Virus record (IMG/VR): IMGVR_UViG_3300050343_000270 | Coordinates: 50,402-114,401 of that record | DNA length: 64,000 nt | Direction: 5' to 3' (one strand) | Source: a virus | Part shown: piece by piece, positions 51,712 to 60,916 of the stretch | Position numbering within the stretch: position 1 is the stretch's first letter | Layout of the letters: every line of letters begins with the position of its first letter | Position numbers and translations under genes: made by a program | The notes under the pieces: generated by a model | Seen by the model: only the letters and a program-made list of their open reading frames with translations | Databases searched by the model: none | Told to the model about the DNA's origin: nothing

Positions 51712-52011
51712 ATGATACACGATTTTTTTAACCTGCGTAAAATCACCAGAGATGATATTTTGCGCTATGTTTTGCGCAATACTAATTTTTGCCCTATCGA
51801 GCAACAAATCGATCCACTTTATTTTGAGGTCTTTGAGGAATGTATTTTAAATTCCCATACAAAAGAAATCATAGATCAAGATCAGGAGTTTGTTTTCTTT
51901 CAAAAAGAGCTTTCTAAATTAAGACGTTTAGCCCCTAATATGAAAAAGTCTGAAATTCTTTCCTTGTGTGAAGAACTAGAAAGCTTCGCGCCGAAAACAA
52001 TTAAAGTTTAA
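51712..52011 (+). CDS. Hypothetical protein
   Basis: Preceded by TTGACA (51676)-17 nt-TATTAT. Confidence 0.6.
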   Translation: MIHDFFNLRKITRDDILRYVLRNTNFCPIEQQIDPLYFEVFEECILNSHTKEIIDQDQEFVFFQKELSKLRRLAPNMKKSEILSLCEELESFAPKTIKV

Positions 52012-52069
52012 ATAATACTTTTTGTAAGTTGATTGTTAAAATTAGATTTTTTATCTATATTGATATATA

Positions 52070-52462
52070 ATGGGTATGGCAAAAAAACCAATATTCAGTA
52101 AGGTTGAACAGCATGACAAAGCATGGGGTCGTGAGCTTTGGATGGTTAACAATGAGAAGTATTGCGGCAAAATACTTGAGTTTAATCAAGGCTCTTCTTT
52201 TTCCATGCACTATCATATCAAAAAGGAGGAAACTTGGATGGTCGTTCAGGGAGTATTTGAAATGGAATATTTTGATCTTAAGTCGGCTGATATTTCAAAA
52301 ACCATTTTAAATGTGGGTGACACAGTTCATTTAGAGCCTAGCATCCCTCATAAACTAACCTGTGTTGAATGTGAGAGTGGTAAAGGCATGATATTTGAGG
52401 TTAGCACACAACATTTTAATGAAGATTCCTATCGAATTGGCAAGGGTGATTCTCAAAAATGA
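52070..52462 (+). CDS. Cupin sugar isomerase-like protein
   Basis: KAWGRELW...YCGKIL...SMHYHIKKEETW...PH...EVSTQH..EDSYR. Confidence 0.75.
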   Translation: MGMAKKPIFSKVEQHDKAWGRELWMVNNEKYCGKILEFNQGSSFSMHYHIKKEETWMVVQGVFEMEYFDLKSADISKTILNVGDTVHLEPSIPHKLTCVECESGKGMIFEVSTQHFNEDSYRIGKGDSQK

Positions 52463-53244
52463 ATATTTTAGTTATAGGAGAATCTTGTAAAGATGTTTTT
52501 GTTTATGGGTCTATTGATAGAATTTGCCCAGAAGCCCCCGTTCCTGTTTTTGTCCCCAATCGGCAAACGGCGCACCTAGGCATGGCTGGAAATGTCACAC
52601 TTAACATTTGTGCTATTTCAGGACTCAGAAAAGATAGCGATACTGAATGCCATTTGCATTCAAACCTAACTAAAGGTCACAAGACTCGCTTTGTTGACGA
52701 ATCGTCTAATCAAATGCTTATGCGTATTGATACAGACTCTTACGATGAAAATCATGTGCGCAATAAATTTAAAAACATTAAAAGTATTGATTTTTCTATT
52801 TATGATGCTGTCGTTGTTTCTGATTACAACAAGGGTTTTTTGAGTTATGATGATATAAACTATATCGCTGACAAAACGCGGGAATCTAGCAACGCTAAAT
52901 TATTTATAGATACAAAAAAACATCCTCGCAGTTCTTCTGATTTTTCTGGTTTCGATTTTATAAAAATTAATGAGAAGGAGTTTACTGAAAACGGTTTCAG
53001 TGAATTATATGAAGACTATGAATCTCAATTAATTATCACCAAAGGCTCTAAAGGATGTAGCTACAAAAACAAAGACTATCCATGTCAAGCTACTCAGGTT
53101 TTCGATGTTTCTGGCGCGGGGGACACTTTCTTGGCGGCTTTTGTTTATGAATACATGAAAACGTTAGATGTAGAAAAAGCTCTTGACTTTTCTCAAAAAT
53201 GCTGTAGTGTCGTTGTAGCCAAAAAAGGAGTATGCACAGTTTGA
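52459..53244 (+). CDS. rfaE1: PfkB-family heptose-7-phosphate kinase (HldE kinase domain)
   Basis: ILVIGE..D...RICPEAPVPV, GMAGNV, KTRF, SDYNKG, VFDVSGAGDT. Confidence 0.85.
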   Translation: MNILVIGESCKDVFVYGSIDRICPEAPVPVFVPNRQTAHLGMAGNVTLNICAISGLRKDSDTECHLHSNLTKGHKTRFVDESSNQMLMRIDTDSYDENHVRNKFKNIKSIDFSIYDAVVVSDYNKGFLSYDDINYIADKTRESSNAKLFIDTKKHPRSSSDFSGFDFIKINEKEFTENGFSELYEDYESQLIITKGSKGCSYKNKDYPCQATQVFDVSGAGDTFLAAFVYEYMKTLDVEKALDFSQKCCSVVVAKKGVCTV

Positions 53245-53738
53245 AACACAATAAGATACTATCTTACGAAGATTTAACAAAAGAAGTTAAACAAATCCAC
53301 GACATGAGAGGATTTGGGATCTGTCCTCCCCTCGCTTTAACAAATGGTTGTTTTGATTTGTTTCATGCTGGTCACGCCCGATTATTAAATTCGATCAAAT
53401 CATCTATTATTGGCGGCAAATTGATTGTGGGTATCAATAGCGATGAAAGCGTCAAATGTCTCAAGGGTGACAGCCGCCCGATTATTCCCGCCGATCAAAG
53501 GGCTTACATCATAGCTAGCCTAGCTTGTGTTGATTATGTGTTTATTTTTCCAGAAACAAACATTGAACGATACTTGAGGGAAATCAAGCCTGATATTTGG
53601 TTTAAGGGTGGGGACTATAATATAAACTCTCTAAACAAGGAGGAGGAGGAAGTGATCAGAAGTTGCCGTATTGATGTTCGCTTTGAATCATTCGTAGAAG
53701 GCATAAGTTCAACTAATATTATAAAAAAAATAAAATGA
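53232..53738 (+). CDS. rfaE2: Heptose-1-phosphate nucleotidyltransferase (HldE domain II)
   Basis: TNGCFDLFHAGH, VGINSDESV..LKG..RPI, KGGDY, FVEGISST. Confidence 0.88.
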   Translation: MHSLKHNKILSYEDLTKEVKQIHDMRGFGICPPLALTNGCFDLFHAGHARLLNSIKSSIIGGKLIVGINSDESVKCLKGDSRPIIPADQRAYIIASLACVDYVFIFPETNIERYLREIKPDIWFKGGDYNINSLNKEEEEVIRSCRIDVRFESFVEGISSTNIIKKIK

Positions 53739-54055
53739 AAAGAGTTTGTGTAGATATCGACGGCACAATATGCAGTCTAACAGATGGTGACTATAATATG
53801 GCTAAACCGTATACCGACCGCATTGATTTTGTTAATGAACTGTATGACAAAGGAGTGGAAATAATCTACTGGACGGCGCGTGGAGGAACGTCTGGTAAGG
53901 ATTATACAGACCTCACAACACGCCAGCTTGAAGAGTGGGGAGCCAAATATACGAAGCTTCTTTTGGATAAAATGTCATTCGACGCTTTGATTGACGATAA
54001 AGCATTTAACTCTAACAAATTTTTCTCAGGAGAATATTCTTATGATTTCACATAA
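53735..54055 (+). CDS. Minimal HAD phosphatase
   Basis: DIDGTI, WTARG, LIDDKA. Confidence 0.75.
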   Translation: MKRVCVDIDGTICSLTDGDYNMAKPYTDRIDFVNELYDKGVEIIYWTARGGTSGKDYTDLTTRQLEEWGAKYTKLLLDKMSFDALIDDKAFNSNKFFSGEYSYDFT

Positions 54056-54575
54056 AGCAAAAAATATGTCGTCACCGCGACACATTCACAAATCACAACA
54101 CCTAGGTCAAAGTGGCGAACGTCGTTTTTACGATAGCTGTAAAGTCTTAGGTAAAGATGTAAAGAAGACCTCCAAAGCTGATGATATGGGTCATGTTGAT
54201 TTTGTTGTGGACTCGCAGACATACGATGTCAAAGGTCTCAAAGATAGCACTAAAGAAGGTTTTATTCTATTGGAGTTGAAAAACGTACAGGGGAAAAAGG
54301 GTTGGTGTAATGATGAAGAAAAACCTGATTGGATTGCTTTTGATTTTGGTGCGTTCTTTGCATGTTTTAAAAATTCTGACTTGTATAAAGCTAGTCAAAA
54401 ATTATGCGATCTATCGGATACAGTATCAAAAGCAAAGGATTGTCTATACAAGGGGTATACGAGAAGGGGTCGAGAAGATCTAATGACAATGATAACACTA
54501 CAAGACGCGCTCAACAACTGTGAGCATATGTTCATTCCTTATAAGGAATATAGTGAACCTATGGAGTTATTATAA
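54042..54575 (+). CDS. PD-(D/E)XK-like endonuclease
   Basis: GQSGERRF...HVDFVV...YDVKG...LLELKNVQGKKGW. Confidence 0.55.
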   Translation: MISHKAKNMSSPRHIHKSQHLGQSGERRFYDSCKVLGKDVKKTSKADDMGHVDFVVDSQTYDVKGLKDSTKEGFILLELKNVQGKKGWCNDEEKPDWIAFDFGAFFACFKNSDLYKASQKLCDLSDTVSKAKDCLYKGYTRRGREDLMTMITLQDALNNCEHMFIPYKEYSEPMELL

Positions 54576-55228
54576 TGAAACTTGCCACAGCATTATTATC
54601 ATCTTATGAAAGGCAAGACAATCTACGCAAGATTATCGACAATTTGCGTAAACAATCTGTCGATGTTGATATTTTTTTATGGAATAATAATCCAGAAGAT
54701 AAAACAGAATATCCTGTAGAACTTCAAATCAACTCTTCGAAAAATTTGATGTGTTGGGGGAGGTGGTTCATGGCGAATTACGCCAGCGCAGATTATGTAT
54801 TTTCCTTGGATGATGATCTGCTCTTTACAGATAACCGCATGATTGAGGATTCTATTGATTATCTTGACAAAAATGATTGTGACGCTATTGGTTACAGTGG
54901 CGTTAGAATTATAGACGATTCAAAAGACTACTTTGACCAAAAACACATCTTCCTTGCTCGACAAGATCAGACAGTTGATATCATAAAGGGCGGGTTTTTA
55001 TTTGCTAAAAAGCAAAACTTAAGAATACCACAAGATTTATTTGACGCTTGCACCGAAAACCCAAGGATAGAAGACGATATTATTATCTCTTCTTTCTTAG
55101 ATAAAAAAGTCGTGCCAAGCTTTATGAGGAGAAGGCTCAGGAGTCAAGATGGTTTTTTTAATGGCTTGCACTCTCAGCCCGACCATTCACAATCCAGAAC
55201 CCAATACATGAGGAAGTATTATGGATAA
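54575..55228 (+). CDS. GT-A fold glycosyltransferase (GT2-like)
   Basis: SYER..NL; YVFSLDDD; EDDI. Confidence 0.7.
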   Translation: MKLATALLSSYERQDNLRKIIDNLRKQSVDVDIFLWNNNPEDKTEYPVELQINSSKNLMCWGRWFMANYASADYVFSLDDDLLFTDNRMIEDSIDYLDKNDCDAIGYSGVRIIDDSKDYFDQKHIFLARQDQTVDIIKGGFLFAKKQNLRIPQDLFDACTENPRIEDDIIISSFLDKKVVPSFMRRRLRSQDGFFNGLHSQPDHSQSRTQYMRKYYG

Positions 55229-55958
55229 GCATCTATTTGTTATAGTGCGATACAACAATGTTATACAGAAAATGTATCAAGATTATATTGCACCCAAAAA
55301 CAAGGACTACTGTGAGCGTCACGGCATTCAATATATTGAAGTAAACCACGATTGGGATATTCCCGATTTTCGAGGTAATATCACTTGGATGAAATTTTAT
55401 CTTGTGCAGGAGTGGATTAAAAAAGGTATTTTAAATGACGGCGACTCGATTGTTAATTTCGATGCTGACATGGTTGTTGTTAAGCCTGAGCTTGAATACA
55501 AGACCGACAAGAGCTTTTCTTACGCCATAGATAGCTGTAACAGCCATTGCATGGGAAACTACTGCATCAATATCAATGATTGGAGCAAGAAGCTTGTAAA
55601 CGACATTCTGGACGAAAACCTATATCAAACTCATAAGCACACAAGACACTGGAAGTTTTTCAGAGAACAGGCGGCTTGGTATACTTTGGCTGGGATTGAT
55701 GCTTCTTGTAAACAGTCTTACTTGAATCAGGGAGATTATGGATTTCACTCTGTCGATACAGGAGTGTATTCTTTGGAAGAGTTGCGAGAACACGTTGACG
55801 TTAAACCTCCAATTTGGGATTGCACTCTATTAGAAGATGAAATTGACAATAGACGCGCCGCAAGGATTCAACCACTATTCATCAACAAAACACAGCCCAA
55901 AGACACAATTATTCGTCATTTTGCGGCTAGACAACCTTGGAGAAAAAAATACTTATGA
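55221..55958 (+). CDS. GT34-like glycosyltransferase
   Basis: YCERHG.QY, WMK, FDAD, REQAA, IRHFA. Confidence 0.7.
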   Translation: MDKHLFVIVRYNNVIQKMYQDYIAPKNKDYCERHGIQYIEVNHDWDIPDFRGNITWMKFYLVQEWIKKGILNDGDSIVNFDADMVVVKPELEYKTDKSFSYAIDSCNSHCMGNYCININDWSKKLVNDILDENLYQTHKHTRHWKFFREQAAWYTLAGIDASCKQSYLNQGDYGFHSVDTGVYSLEELREHVDVKPPIWDCTLLEDEIDNRRAARIQPLFINKTQPKDTIIRHFAARQPWRKKYL

Positions 55959-56692
55959 TTGCAACATTAACAATGTGTAGTTTGGATTTTGATGAGGATT
56001 ATATTCCTCATTATTTAAATCATTATAATGAACAGGAAATAGATAAACATATTTTAATGCTTCATTCTAAAAAAGCTGTAGATGAAGATTATTCTAGAGA
56101 TAAGTATTCCGCTGATAATGTTAATTTGTTTTTTACTTATGGTGAGTGGAATTCTGTTGTCATGCAAAACGAAAAACACAGCTTGCTAAAAAAATTAGAT
56201 ATTGGTATTGACGATTGGATTATTAATTCAGATATTGATGAACACGCCGAATCAAAGCACGGCTCTCTAAGAAGTAAAATTTCAGAAATGACAGGTAATG
56301 GAGAAAATTGCTGTGTCGGTAGAATGGTTGACAGAATTACAGAAAACGGATCTTTCAGTAAAATACTACCAGATATACCGCTTTCAGAACAGTTTCCTCT
56401 GTCTGCTAATATTGGGAGGAGATTACTACGTTGCCAAACAAGAAAATTGCCTATTTCAAGAGGTGATATCACTACTCTTGGAGGGAATCATCATGTTATT
56501 CCAGACCACGAAAAAAAGGCGGTTTATAACGATGAAGTTTTAACAGTGAATCATTATAAATGGACAGCCAGAACCAAAGAAAAGCTTGAGGAAAGGGTTC
56601 GCACTCACAAAGCTTTTTATCACTGGAGGGAGTCAGCTAGGTTCTTAGATTATCTTGATAAAGGAGGAAATATTAATAAATTTAAACAATGA
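55955..56692 (+). CDS. GT2-like glycosyltransferase
   Basis: YLNHY; WIINSDIDE; GNHH; HYKW. Confidence 0.7.
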   Translation: MIATLTMCSLDFDEDYIPHYLNHYNEQEIDKHILMLHSKKAVDEDYSRDKYSADNVNLFFTYGEWNSVVMQNEKHSLLKKLDIGIDDWIINSDIDEHAESKHGSLRSKISEMTGNGENCCVGRMVDRITENGSFSKILPDIPLSEQFPLSANIGRRLLRCQTRKLPISRGDITTLGGNHHVIPDHEKKAVYNDEVLTVNHYKWTARTKEKLEERVRTHKAFYHWRESARFLDYLDKGGNINKFKQ

Positions 56693-57357
56693 ATTACACT
56701 TGCTTAATACTAACTCATAAAAACAAAGCCAGCGGCAAAGTCTTAACGCCGCATCTAGAGGTCTTCAAACAAAACAACCCACAATGCAATGTGCGTATAG
56801 TTGTTGGAGAAGATCACGCGCAAGGCAAAAGATATAATTGGCGCAATGGCGATCAACCACTTAGAAAGTGGTGGCTGGAAAACTCTAATCTAGTTGCAAC
56901 AGAAAATGTTGCCGTGATCGAATGGGACACGCTAGTTAATTGTGAGCTTCCTGCAATTCCAGAACAGTTCGATCTAGTTGGCGCTCAATACATGAAAGAA
57001 CCATTTCATCTAAGAGGCAAATGGAGGTGCAGAAGCCAAGAAGACCCAAAGTGGACTCCAGACAACTGGTGGTGGTGGAGAGAAATTCCGCTATTAGAAT
57101 TGAATAAGGGAGAACAAGCTTGTGGTTTAGTTTCGTTGGGTTGTTTCTTAATGAGGCGATGTGTATTAGACGCTGTATGTAAAAAAAGATGGGACAAAGT
57201 TTATTCAAAGAATATAATTAGTGAAATGAGATTTCCTACAGTCGCAAGTATCGAAGGAGCAAGGATTGGGCAAATCGACCTACCATTCGTTCATCATTCG
57301 ACAATGAATTTCTCTGGCGAGAAACAAATATATCATCCTATTAAAGAAGCTCAATGA
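56689..57357 (+). CDS. Putative GT-A fold protein
   Basis: WRNGD...IEWD...SEMRFPT...YHPIK; within the GT run. Confidence 0.45.
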   Translation: MNYTCLILTHKNKASGKVLTPHLEVFKQNNPQCNVRIVVGEDHAQGKRYNWRNGDQPLRKWWLENSNLVATENVAVIEWDTLVNCELPAIPEQFDLVGAQYMKEPFHLRGKWRCRSQEDPKWTPDNWWWWREIPLLELNKGEQACGLVSLGCFLMRRCVLDAVCKKRWDKVYSKNIISEMRFPTVASIEGARIGQIDLPFVHHSTMNFSGEKQIYHPIKEAQ

Positions 57358-58064
57358 AAAAAAACGTATTTACATATTGGCAGGGGCAAAAAACAGATTT
57401 AATCATTGATCTTGAAAAACGGCTTAGACAAGTTTGTTCGGATAATGGCTACCACCTTTTCGAACTAGATGAAAAATCTATACGTGATCATCTTGATCTT
57501 CCAGACTGTTTCAACAATGCCACTCATGTTATTGATATCAGTGATTTTATACGCATTGAACTTTTGGTTAAATATGGTGGGATTTGGTTAGATAAAGACG
57601 TTATTTCCTTCAAAAAGTTCGATCACCTTTTTCAAACTATTGAAGATAAAAGCGGTTTTATTGTTGGGGTTCCCATGCAATATAGAATGGGTATCAATAA
57701 CGCAATTCTTGGCGCGTCAACAGAATGCGCCTTTTATAAAAGGTGGTCGCAACACAATCATAAAGTAATCCAACAACCAAAACCAACTTGGGGTAAATTA
57801 CCTTTCGGCGTTAATCTCCTTAAAAAAGCGAAACGAGAATCTTGGATACAAAATATCGAAGTAATTAATGGTTACGAAACAAGAATGGAGTTCTTTGGAA
57901 GCTATCGTGTGCAAAAATTACTGATGGATTTAGACCCAGAATGCGTAATGAACGCTAACCCTAGTTTAGTGCATTTGTTTGACAGAAATTGCCGCATGTA
58001 TAACAAGATAAATCAACAAGAAAAAGAAAACACCTTGCTGTATAGGTTGTTGAATTACAAATAG
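57354..58064 (+). CDS. GT32/capsular synthesis-type DXD glycosyltransferase
   Basis: VFTYWQG; SDFIRIELLVKYGGIWLDKD. Confidence 0.8.
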   Translation: MKKNVFTYWQGQKTDLIIDLEKRLRQVCSDNGYHLFELDEKSIRDHLDLPDCFNNATHVIDISDFIRIELLVKYGGIWLDKDVISFKKFDHLFQTIEDKSGFIVGVPMQYRMGINNAILGASTECAFYKRWSQHNHKVIQQPKPTWGKLPFGVNLLKKAKRESWIQNIEVINGYETRMEFFGSYRVQKLLMDLDPECVMNANPSLVHLFDRNCRMYNKINQQEKENTLLYRLLNYK

Positions 58065-59237
58065 TAATCATCTTGTCCCCAATACGGAGCGGTCCCATCG
58101 TGGTGTAAAACAGGGTCGCCATAAAATGCGGCTAACTCGGCTGGAGTTGGAGCCGCCAATGTCACCCAAGCAACACCGTTGTAATATATTATATCACCAG
58201 TCGATCCAGCGGGTAGAATGTCTTCAGCGTCTGGAAATGCTATTTCTGTGTGGTCCCCTGCCTCGTCTGTATAAGTAAAACCGTCTAGGCTCTCCACGAC
58301 GGTCGTTACAGTTTCGTTAATATCTGTATCAACTCCTCCCCCCGCCCCGCCGTCATTGTGTGTCGCTATCTTGTTGACGTCCATAGAGGAGCTTTCAGGG
58401 GTGATAACAGATTTTGTGCCTTGTGGAAAGAACACCTGTCGTTTCGTCTCCCTTTCTCGTCTGTGTATGTAAAATAATCAGAGCTAAGAGTCTGGGTGTT
58501 GCCCCCGTATAAGCTCTATGGTTGTAACACGTTCGTAAATGTCTTGTAGTAACTCCTCCGTTCGCCCCGCCGTCATTGTGTTCCGCTATCTTGCGACCTT
58601 CCATAGGTAATGGACTCTCTGGGGTGAGGGTAGATTTTGTGTTGGCTGGAAACGGTATTTCGTTCTCTTCCTCTTCTTCGTCTGTGTAGACAAAGCCATT
58701 GTCACTAAGCTCTATTTTGGTTACGGTTTCATTAATGTCTACGTCTTCAGAATCCTTAATTCCGTCATTGTGTTTAGCTATCTTTTTAGTATACGTAGCT
58801 TGGTTGAGGTCAGTCAAAACTGACGGTTTTGAGAAACCCCAATGAATATTTTCTCTCAGTTTGAACGACTTAATTGTCAAGTCTGTTTCTATCTCGCACA
58901 CAAGAAAGTATTTAGCGTCTTCGCTAGATGCTGGAACATCGCCCGCCGTTTCCATTAATGCGGCGTTTACTGCTCTTCCTTCATCTAGAGACAAGGAAAC
59001 GTAAAATTTCTTTGCCCCATCCCCTATCTCGAACGTTGAATTCATCCCAGAAATCTCTATCGGTGGGTGAATTATATCGTTTTGGTGGTCATAAACATAA
59101 GCTTGGTTAAACCTAACTTGATATTTCGGCGCTTCTCCTTCTTCGACTGATTTAATAGAAAAAGTAGGATAGAAAGGATGAACATATAAAATTGGTTTAT
59201 ATGTTTTTGATTCTGGTGTTTTCGAAGTGTCACTCAT
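58055..59237 (-). CDS. Fibre-like protein with three ~55-aa repeats (several indels at 58430-58550)
   Basis: KIAxHNDG...D(I)xE(T/R)VT...FxYTDE x3 across the two listed ORFs; C-terminal GDIIYYNG.AW fibre motif. Confidence 0.6.
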
Positions 59238-59240
59238 TCC

Positions 59241-59534
59241 CTAGAAATATCTTTTAATTTCGCCGCCTCCGTCTATGTAATATAAATCTCCGAACTCTTT
59301 AAATTTTTCGCATGAAATTGTTTTTATTGTCTTTTCTGGGTCTTCTTGATTTAAGCTGTGAAAATACTTTACAGCACCATCTTTTAAAGATCCGTCCTTA
59401 AACAAAAATTCCTTTTCACAAAAGTAACAATCTTTTAGAACGGTGTTTGACCAAATTTCAATATAAGCAAACTGGTTATCAAAATCGTGTCTTTTTGTTT
59501 CCAGAGTTATTATTTTCTTAACTATTGTTTTCAC
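59241..59534 (-). CDS. Hypothetical protein
   Basis: Preceded by TTGATA-17 nt-TATAAT, 5 nt before GTG. Confidence 0.55.
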   Translation of the reverse strand: MKTIVKKIITLETKRHDFDNQFAYIEIWSNTVLKDCYFCEKEFLFKDGSLKDGAVKYFHSLNQEDPEKTIKTISCEKFKEFGDLYYIDGGGEIKRYF

Positions 59535-59641
59535 TACTAATTATAAGCTGTTTTTTATTTAATATCAATTTAAAGCTTTTTAAATACATACATGTTTACA
59601 CTTCTTGTTGTTATTTTTCTTTTTTTGCAATATAATGATTT

Positions 59642-59857
59642 ATGGCTAGTCGAAATCCAATAACAAACGATGAAATTAAATCTCGCGGTTATAGCAAGCA
59701 AGGGCGCGATAACTTTCGGCGCATTTTTGAAAAGAAAACTTTTTCAGAATGGGTTGTGGAAGAAGCCGTTGACAACCTGAAAGATTCATTTACTGACGAT
59801 TTTGCAAAAATAACCTATCAGGAGTTTTTAAAAAAGGTGGACAACTTAAATAAATAG
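59642..59857 (+). CDS. Hypothetical protein
   Basis: TATAAT 5 nt before ATG. Confidence 0.6.
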   Translation: MASRNPITNDEIKSRGYSKQGRDNFRRIFEKKTFSEWVVEEAVDNLKDSFTDDFAKITYQEFLKKVDNLNK

Positions 59858-59872
59858 TGTAATTTTAAACCC

Positions 59873-60259
59873 ATGAAGAAGACTTTTAAGATACTAAGTG
59901 AGGCTGTTGCTCAATCAGCGGTTGATGATGGAAATAAACTAGGTTTCCAAGCAGAAAGTTCACAACTTGAAGATGGGACGTATGAAATATCTTACGCCTC
60001 TTCTTACGATGAACCAGCTACACAAGAGCAGGAGGCTAAACCCACTTATGACGACCTAGGTTACATGAGAAAAGAGTTTGCTTATGAAATGAAATACATG
60101 CGTGAAGACATGGCTTACATGAGTCAATCTTTAATGGAGCATAAAAAAGGTCACTTACCTCCATTCGCGGATGCTGGCAAATTTAAAGCGGCTTTAGAAA
60201 CCCTCGGTCTTGGTGAATCTTACGAAGTACGCAAGCCAACCATCTCTGTTGAATACTAA
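59873..60259 (+). CDS. Hypothetical protein
   Basis: GTGTAA at 59857, 10 nt before ATG. Confidence 0.65.
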   Translation: MKKTFKILSEAVAQSAVDDGNKLGFQAESSQLEDGTYEISYASSYDEPATQEQEAKPTYDDLGYMRKEFAYEMKYMREDMAYMSQSLMEHKKGHLPPFADAGKFKAALETLGLGESYEVRKPTISVEY

Positions 60260-60272
60260 CTAACACTGAATC

Positions 60273-60380
60273 ATGCTCGCCATAATCTCACAATATATTC
60301 ATGCTGGTTTTTGGGTTATAATGTTCGGAGTGCTTTACTCTTTGACGTTGCGAGCAGTCTACAATCATAACAAAAAATAG
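60273..60380 (+). CDS. Small membrane protein, 35 aa
   Basis: MLAIISQYIHAGFWVIMFGVLYSLTLRAVYNHNKK*; followed by a terminator. Confidence 0.4.
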   Translation: MLAIISQYIHAGFWVIMFGVLYSLTLRAVYNHNKK

Positions 60381-60403
60381 TTTAAATTAATTTTTAATCA
60401 AAT

Positions 60404-60435
60404 ACTCACCGCTGTTTTGGCGCGTGAGTTTTTTT
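60404..60435 (+). terminator. Rho-independent terminator
   Basis: ACTCAC-CGCTG-TTT-TGGCG-C-GTGAGT followed by a T run. Confidence 0.6.
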
Positions 60436-60491
60436 GTCTTATCGAATATCGCGCCGTTAATTATATCATTAGTTTTGGTGTAAGGATCTTT

Positions 60492-60833
60492 ATGATTGAA
60501 AGAATTACCGACACCTTACAAGGCAAAGCTCCCTTATCAGCGAAACGTTCTCCAAAGTGGAGCAGTGTTCGCAAAGAATTTTTGGAAAACAACCCTGTCT
60601 GTGCTTGTTGCGGCGGCGTAAAAAAACTTCAGGTTCATCACATCAAACCATTCCACACTCACCCTGAGTTAGAATTAGATACTGATAATTTAATAACTCT
60701 TTGTCGGCGCAAAAAATACGGAATCGACTGTCATCTTCTTGTTGGTCATTTGGGTTGGTTTAAAAATATCAACAATCATGTCATTGAAGATTCTCAGTTG
60801 TGGAATCAAAGGCTTAAAGAGCGCAATTTTTAA
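60492..60833 (+). CDS. HNH endonuclease
   Basis: CACC...VHHIKP...NLITLC...CH..VGH; start 60492, 8 nt after GTGTAA at 60478. Confidence 0.85.
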   Translation: MIERITDTLQGKAPLSAKRSPKWSSVRKEFLENNPVCACCGGVKKLQVHHIKPFHTHPELELDTDNLITLCRRKKYGIDCHLLVGHLGWFKNINNHVIEDSQLWNQRLKERNF

Positions 60834-60866
60834 ATTCTGCACGGTTTTTTTATTTACAAAATCGTC

Positions 60867-60895
60867 TTGACAAAAAGTTTTTTTTCACATATAAT
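60867..60895 (+). promoter_or_regulatory. Consensus sigma70 promoter
   Basis: TTGACA-17 nt-TATAAT. Confidence 0.8.
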
Positions 60896-60916
60896 TGGGT
60901 GAAAGATGCAACTATT

